A stretch of 64,000 nt of DNA, from NCBI GenBank assembly GCA_043801745.1, contig JAZDLR010000022.1, forward strand, positions 65,960 to 129,959. The letters run 5' to 3'. Positions 61,101 through 64,000 of the stretch are shown in pieces. A model generated the notes under the pieces. The model was given only the letters and a program-made list of their open reading frames with translations, was not told where the DNA came from and searched no databases. The number at the start of each line of letters is the position of its first letter. Positions within the stretch are counted from its first letter, which is position 1. This DNA comes from Candidatus Komeilibacteria bacterium. Lineage in GTDB: Bacteria > Patescibacteriota > Patescibacteriia > UBA1558 > 2-01-FULL-52-15. The position numbers and the translations under genes were made by a program.

Positions 61101-61798
61101 GTAAGCCACTCAATTTTATAAAACTGACTTTCCACTTCAACTCCATAAGTACCGTAGCCATCTTGGTCAACAGATAGCGGCAGCAAATTGCCGCCACCCG
61201 GTAAACTTAAAACAAAATCAAAATTGGTATAACGTTTTTCCGTTCCTTGCCGACCCGAACGCTCAATAAAAGGGCTATCTAAGTCCCAACCCAAACCATA
61301 AAACGAATCCTTATTATTACGCTGACTATTATAGGTCAAGGCCAAAGAAGGCTGTAAGCCATTACGGCCCTTAGGAATGTCTAGAGAGTAGTTATAACTA
61401 AAAGCGCCAGTGGATTCAACAACTTGCGCTTGATCATTTTTCCCGATTGCGAATTTATTTGGGTTCTTGGCGGCAAAAAAATCATTACCAGCATTTGGCA
61501 CTTCACTGCCGTCACCACTCGCCTGCTCACTGGTTTCCGGAACAATCGGCGGTAAAGAGCTTTCAATAGTCTGCTTCTGGTCCTGACTAATGTTACTGTC
61601 AGACGCGTCAGTCGCTGTGTCAGCTAACAAAAAAGCACTCTTATTTTCTGGAGTGCCGGCATTAGTGACATTTACTTTACTGGCTGCCAAAACTGGCATC
61701 AATGGCATGCCAACCGTAGTGACGATTAAAAATATAATAACTATTCTGCCAAGCCCGAGATTAGCTCTCAACATATATTTATCATGATTTATAAACAA
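55190..61798 (-). CDS. Secreted SpvB/FG-GAP/YD-RHS repeat polymorphic toxin with Ntox50-like C-terminal RNase
   Basis: Signal peptide; P.GRNGLQP.L.L.YNSQ (SpvB); D.NGDG..D repeats; YD repeats; DPDG; KQAKH...GKS...DFG..IG...IHFSK.G.HLVP. Confidence 0.9.
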   Translation of the reverse strand: MFINHDKYMLRANLGLGRIVIIFLIVTTVGMPLMPVLAASKVNVTNAGTPENKSAFLLADTATDASDSNISQDQKQTIESSLPPIVPETSEQASGDGSEVPNAGNDFFAAKNPNKFAIGKNDQAQVVESTGAFSYNYSLDIPKGRNGLQPSLALTYNSQRNNKDSFYGLGWDLDSPFIERSGRQGTEKRYTNFDFVLSLPGGGNLLPLSVDQDGYGTYGVEVESQFYKIEWLTDKTWKVTDKTGTVYTFGSDSASRQNDQADAGKIYRWYLAEIRDTNDNFLRYEYWKDSGAIYPKAIYYTGNGTVDGPYRIIFDPIYSGPISTRPDISNSQEAGFSVTTKYAINTIQVLVNGVAKKKYDLETIAGEAGQTMISRVKEAGNNGSGWEYLPATDFDYGTSSKEWITDGNYQLPFRFESIDVSNVSQRGTFAFLPLDVNGDSLTDLLHSNQDCPENIYQKTYINNGVNGWATTSDWQLPFDFAFRYDTCSWPIWNYQSRFVVGDVNGDSREDFVVSYSVENVPVQQVYLNNGINGWTLATGWIVPLNFANYASSGSEQMVYTPEFIFTDINGDGLADFVESYRDDNAATHIQHVYLNNGINGWNLDTNWTVPVYFATYHASSNEISDRQSEYRVADVNGDGLPDLMYSQYDQAINTHQKAVYINNGKSGWDLDTSWIIPLDFSYYTTTQVLNDYGFRFKILDINADGLADFVESYHDYWQNNSDIKNVYINSGNGQWNIDTSYQIPFIFGEYTGDNKRLDYNSRFRLFDATGSLMPSYNTSYKTEYVYEEQENSVRTLNQPADWQKLRSIKRLDQTIVSADYAASAQLKDENQQLLNPRSIVNVPVVSEIDYNDGLGNQQTVNYSYEDGSYYVGSNIKQNRFVGFGKVTKAESDSLITTYYHQGGGLDGSAMGEYQDSYAKIGQPFRQEIRNASGQLLQQNVSKVNAVNLPDNRIFSFVERGTQTIFGTAAKSQATTYEYDALGNVTEEQNLGQVTANTGSGDIIDQLTGDEKTTTYAYATNSQKYIVGAPKTKVVSGIGETKDQDLYYDQLALGQIDRANVTKEDLKVNTVDIETTYDSFGLPLTKKDPKENTAVTLAYEPLHLFVSTTTDALGRVTVTEYDPVSGQLLYSRDPNGYQEKNTYDAFSRLIKKEVSDPANAANLITKQEIIYQDANFPNYKEVKDYFSTGHYVTSREYYDGLGRVIQSSRSDVSGQYVTSYTAYDSQDRVNRESLPVFTSSNAYNSSPSFTNAKVTTYDSLNRKLSEVILTGTTSYAYDGLTTTITDPRGKIKKLTNDAFGNLVKVEEFNSSSIYTTNYEYTLTNKLRKITDSQGNIRNFTYDALDNLTQQDMVHKASVSNPMHWTYTYDKNGNVLNKRDPKYQTTNYTYDALNRLLTENFTAQTGTEYTLTYDQGSGQLGRLTRVVGSDGLTTVYTYDPQGKPLTVTRMIDGNSYVLTYTYDWNGNVTSITYPEGERVDYLYNSAGQVSQVNKVKNSQTTVLAQNVTYSPMGQVAHLERGNGIVTDYTYDASQNYRLTRIHSVKGSRVLQDIAYIYDPNGNILTLIDTSATQLAKNVSYSYDDLNRLLSVTVTNSASNTNYTRSFTYDSIGNILSQTGVGDYTYTLNNPHQARTAGDKTLSYDNNGNVRFINSDTLNYDWRDRMTGSTLDGSADHTEYVYDHTNQRVKKHTIIYEAPPGGDPCDPSHEECPLPEQQSIVVPLEPTSEEEVNNPKVPDVELIDPNIDTLGGEVAAQSIKVEDGSAESDANITVDDQRLDVLLVTTDPVLPEFEPLATTTPDIIILPEPLATSTPEIIATSTDDIVLPPIDDTEATSTSDRLQIPIELNSIPASEDSATYYIDKYYEKEYSGAARNFYFLGNIKLATDVLNDPNTGIYYDLSDHLGSSSLTTDTSGQIIDTTDYYPYGTISYSNTTINIGDNHKYTGKELDGETNLSYFGARYYNQEIGRFNSIDTILFELGNEAQFKESAGRPLAIHLQNPQNLNSYAYSVNNPIRYVDPDGKIIPLILIAWGVVEVGLTMYDYYDTANTLANPNSSNSDKALSVGGVALGLALPGGGYGKGSKEGAGFVAKHADDLAKGATKGLNLTIDATKQAKHALGESYEVGKSIVTHTNPQKLINEFAGKGQKIFNQGKLWKETIDFGETIGKYIDDKTGKLFDTTRGTIHFSKTGTHLVPSKPFKLLK

Positions 61799-61928
61799 AA
61801 TTAGTGTCGGCTATGAAAACCGACGGCTGTTTTATTTTGGCTAACTTTATGTTTGTTTGACCGTTGAAGGTAAAACTTAGGGTGAAAAGCGACGGCTGTT
61901 ATTTCAATGGACGGCCTTTATTAACTTG

Positions 61929-61956
61929 ATTTTAGCAAACTGTAGCGCCATGTCAA
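61929..61956 (-). promoter_or_regulatory. Sigma-70 promoter of the RHS locus
   Basis: TTGACA-N16-TAAAAT with TG extension. Confidence 0.6.
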
Positions 61957-62082
61957 ACCTATTTGAAGTCCTTTGCTTCTAACAGGGTCAATCCCGTCAA
62001 ATGACCGCAACGGTGCGAATGATATGGTCAATAATAGACAATTGAAGTTGTTATTTTTTAAATAGACATATATCCTATATAT

Positions 62083-63357
62083 ATGCTCCCCACTTCTGTT
62101 GCTGATAATAATCCGAATATGACGGCAAAAAAATTCCGTGATTTGTGGTTAGTGTTCCGGGCTTTAACCTTTATCAATTCTTTTTTCGTCGGCATTACCG
62201 GTCCGCTGGAAGTAATATTTTTTCTGGCCATTGGGTTTAATCCAGCCCAAATTGGCGTTCTAATGGCTGCTCAGGCTATTGGCGTTTTAGTTAGCGATAT
62301 TCCCACAGGGGCTTTTGCCGATCGCTATGGCCGTAAAAAATCTCTGCTTATTTCCTTTGGCTTATTGACTTTAATTTTTTGTCTCTGGACCGCGACCAGC
62401 AGCTACTCAATTTTTTTACTTTTATCGTTCTTCTGGGGAGTCGGATTCGCCTTTCAGAGCGGGACCAAAGTTTCGCTGCTAATGGATCACTTGCCCCTGA
62501 ATGATGATAAACAAAGAACCCGTGTGTTCTCCCGTTTGGCTATATATGGCAATGTTGGTTTATTAGTCGGCGGTGTTGCTGCCACGTTATTGGTGGCTTT
62601 TTCCTTGCGGTCAATTTGGGCCGCAGCCGCCATGTTGCACGTATGTCTGTTCTTAATCACTTTATTCGGAATCCGGAATGATATCAGACAACCCGCGAAT
62701 GAACAGCCTGCCAAAATTCCAATCATCTTTTCTGATGCTTTGAAGGGCGTCCGGTCTTATTTTACTGTCATGCCCTTCCCCCTTCTGCTACTACTGGAAA
62801 CAGTCACTGCCATTATTTTGTCGGGGTATGGAATCATTATTCCAATTTTTTTGCGCCTTAATTGGCATATTCAGGATGCGGATTTTGGTTTACTTGGCAG
62901 TTTAGCTGCCGCCATGGGTATTATCGGAGCACTAATCGGTGAACGGCTAAACCGGCGTTGGGGTTTCCTAGCCACCGCCAGTCTATTTGCTATCATTCTG
63001 GTGTTACTTTTTACGGGCTTGGCGTCAGCATCGCTAATTATTGTGGCCCTGACTTGCTACGCTCTGATAGAGCTATTACTGTTTGGCTGGGATCCCATTC
63101 AACAATCGCTGATTAATCACTTTCTGCCTGACGACACCAGAACCCTTATGCTTTCCGTCAGCTCCTCAACAAGTCTAATCGTAGGTTCCCTGGCTCAAAT
63201 TGCTATCGGAGCATTACTGATAATAATTCAGCCACAACCATTAATTATCGCGTTAGGGGTATTGTTCTTACTCTGGCCATTAGTTATCAGTTTACTAATG
63301 GGCTACAAGAAGATCCCATCACTAACTGAAAATAAAGAACCGCCCGGCAACCACTAA
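62083..63357 (+). CDS. MFS transporter
   Basis: DIPTGAFADRYGRKKS motif A; about 12 TM. Confidence 0.92.
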   Translation: MLPTSVADNNPNMTAKKFRDLWLVFRALTFINSFFVGITGPLEVIFFLAIGFNPAQIGVLMAAQAIGVLVSDIPTGAFADRYGRKKSLLISFGLLTLIFCLWTATSSYSIFLLLSFFWGVGFAFQSGTKVSLLMDHLPLNDDKQRTRVFSRLAIYGNVGLLVGGVAATLLVAFSLRSIWAAAAMLHVCLFLITLFGIRNDIRQPANEQPAKIPIIFSDALKGVRSYFTVMPFPLLLLLETVTAIILSGYGIIIPIFLRLNWHIQDADFGLLGSLAAAMGIIGALIGERLNRRWGFLATASLFAIILVLLFTGLASASLIIVALTCYALIELLLFGWDPIQQSLINHFLPDDTRTLMLSVSSSTSLIVGSLAQIAIGALLIIIQPQPLIIALGVLFLLWPLVISLLMGYKKIPSLTENKEPPGNH

Positions 63358-63409
63358 GGTCACCGGGCTCCTAGTAACGTTTCTCCAGCGTCAGCCTAAG
63401 CTAATCTCA

Positions 63410-63862
63410 TCAATCCTCGCCCTCCCAGCCGTATTCGTAAAACTTGACGCCACTTAAAACCTTGGTAATAGCATCGCGCGTAAAAGGAATTGTATTTGAC
63501 GGGAGAGACTCTAAGGAAAAAAATTTTACTTCAGAACATTTATCAGGTTCATTATTTTTAATTTCTCCGCTCCACTTCCTGCAAATAGCGTAAAATTGAA
63601 TTAGCTCTGATTTCGTCCTATTAACATAGCTGTGGCACACTGTGCTAATTTCCAGATCCTCCGGCAAAATTTTTACCCCAGTTTCTTCATTAGCTTCCCG
63701 TATCATCGCCTGAGTTACTGTTTCCATGCCGTCAAGATGACCGGCCACTAAACCGTAAAATCCATCTGAACTAATACCCTTTCTCAGCAACAATAGTATT
63801 TCTTTATCCTTCAAAAAAAGAATATGAACTGATATTGGAGCTTGGAAGTGGTCTGCTGTCAC
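63410..63862 (-). CDS. NUDIX hydrolase
   Basis: AGHLDGMET...AMIREANEETGV; N.EPDKC. Confidence 0.92.
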   Translation of the reverse strand: MTADHFQAPISVHILFLKDKEILLLLRKGISSDGFYGLVAGHLDGMETVTQAMIREANEETGVKILPEDLEISTVCHSYVNRTKSELIQFYAICRKWSGEIKNNEPDKCSEVKFFSLESLPSNTIPFTRDAITKVLSGVKFYEYGWEGED

Positions 63863-64000
63863 AGAATAATTAAACTTAACTAAAAAAATTTAATAGCTCC
63901 CCAGACAACGCCAACAATTACCAAACAAACGAGCATTACTCTCGCCCACTGAGCGTCAGCTTCAAGTAACCAAAATATATTTTTCATGATTTATACAACT

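Noticed and set aside
47640-61798. Diversity-generating retroelement behind RHS variation
   Set aside because: No reverse transcriptase in the window; differences are block swaps and synonymous changes, not adenine-specific

Overview
The gene content suggests a Patescibacteria (CPR, Parcubacteria-like) chromosome segment in genetic code 11, almost all on the minus strand; the taxonomy is inferred, not tested. From left to right: (1) a cell-surface locus with two O-antigen-ligase-like genes, a TPR protein, a GT-C glycosyltransferase, two Thr/Ser-rich secreted S-layer-like proteins and an ECF sigma/DUF5667 pair; (2) housekeeping genes: uppS, tRNA-Glu, mraZ-rsmH-ftsL-ftsI-murF, tRNA-Arg, tsaB-like, rplJ-rplL with L10 leader, mltG, uppP, mutM, two gpmI, eno, pgk; (3) a ~14 kb RHS/YD polymorphic toxin locus with one full toxin-immunity pair and three silent C-terminal cassettes; (4) MFS and NUDIX genes. 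The most unusual signal is non-coding: a ~1.2 kb GC-rich unit with promoter and terminator but no credible ORF (36030-37243), densely base-paired and containing a duplicated double-pseudoknot domain, which I do not recognise as any known RNA. Three more unexplained structured RNA candidates lie at 11.9-12.5 kb, 20.1-20.4 kb and 29.15-29.33 kb. All pairings were read by eye; no folding or database searches were run.
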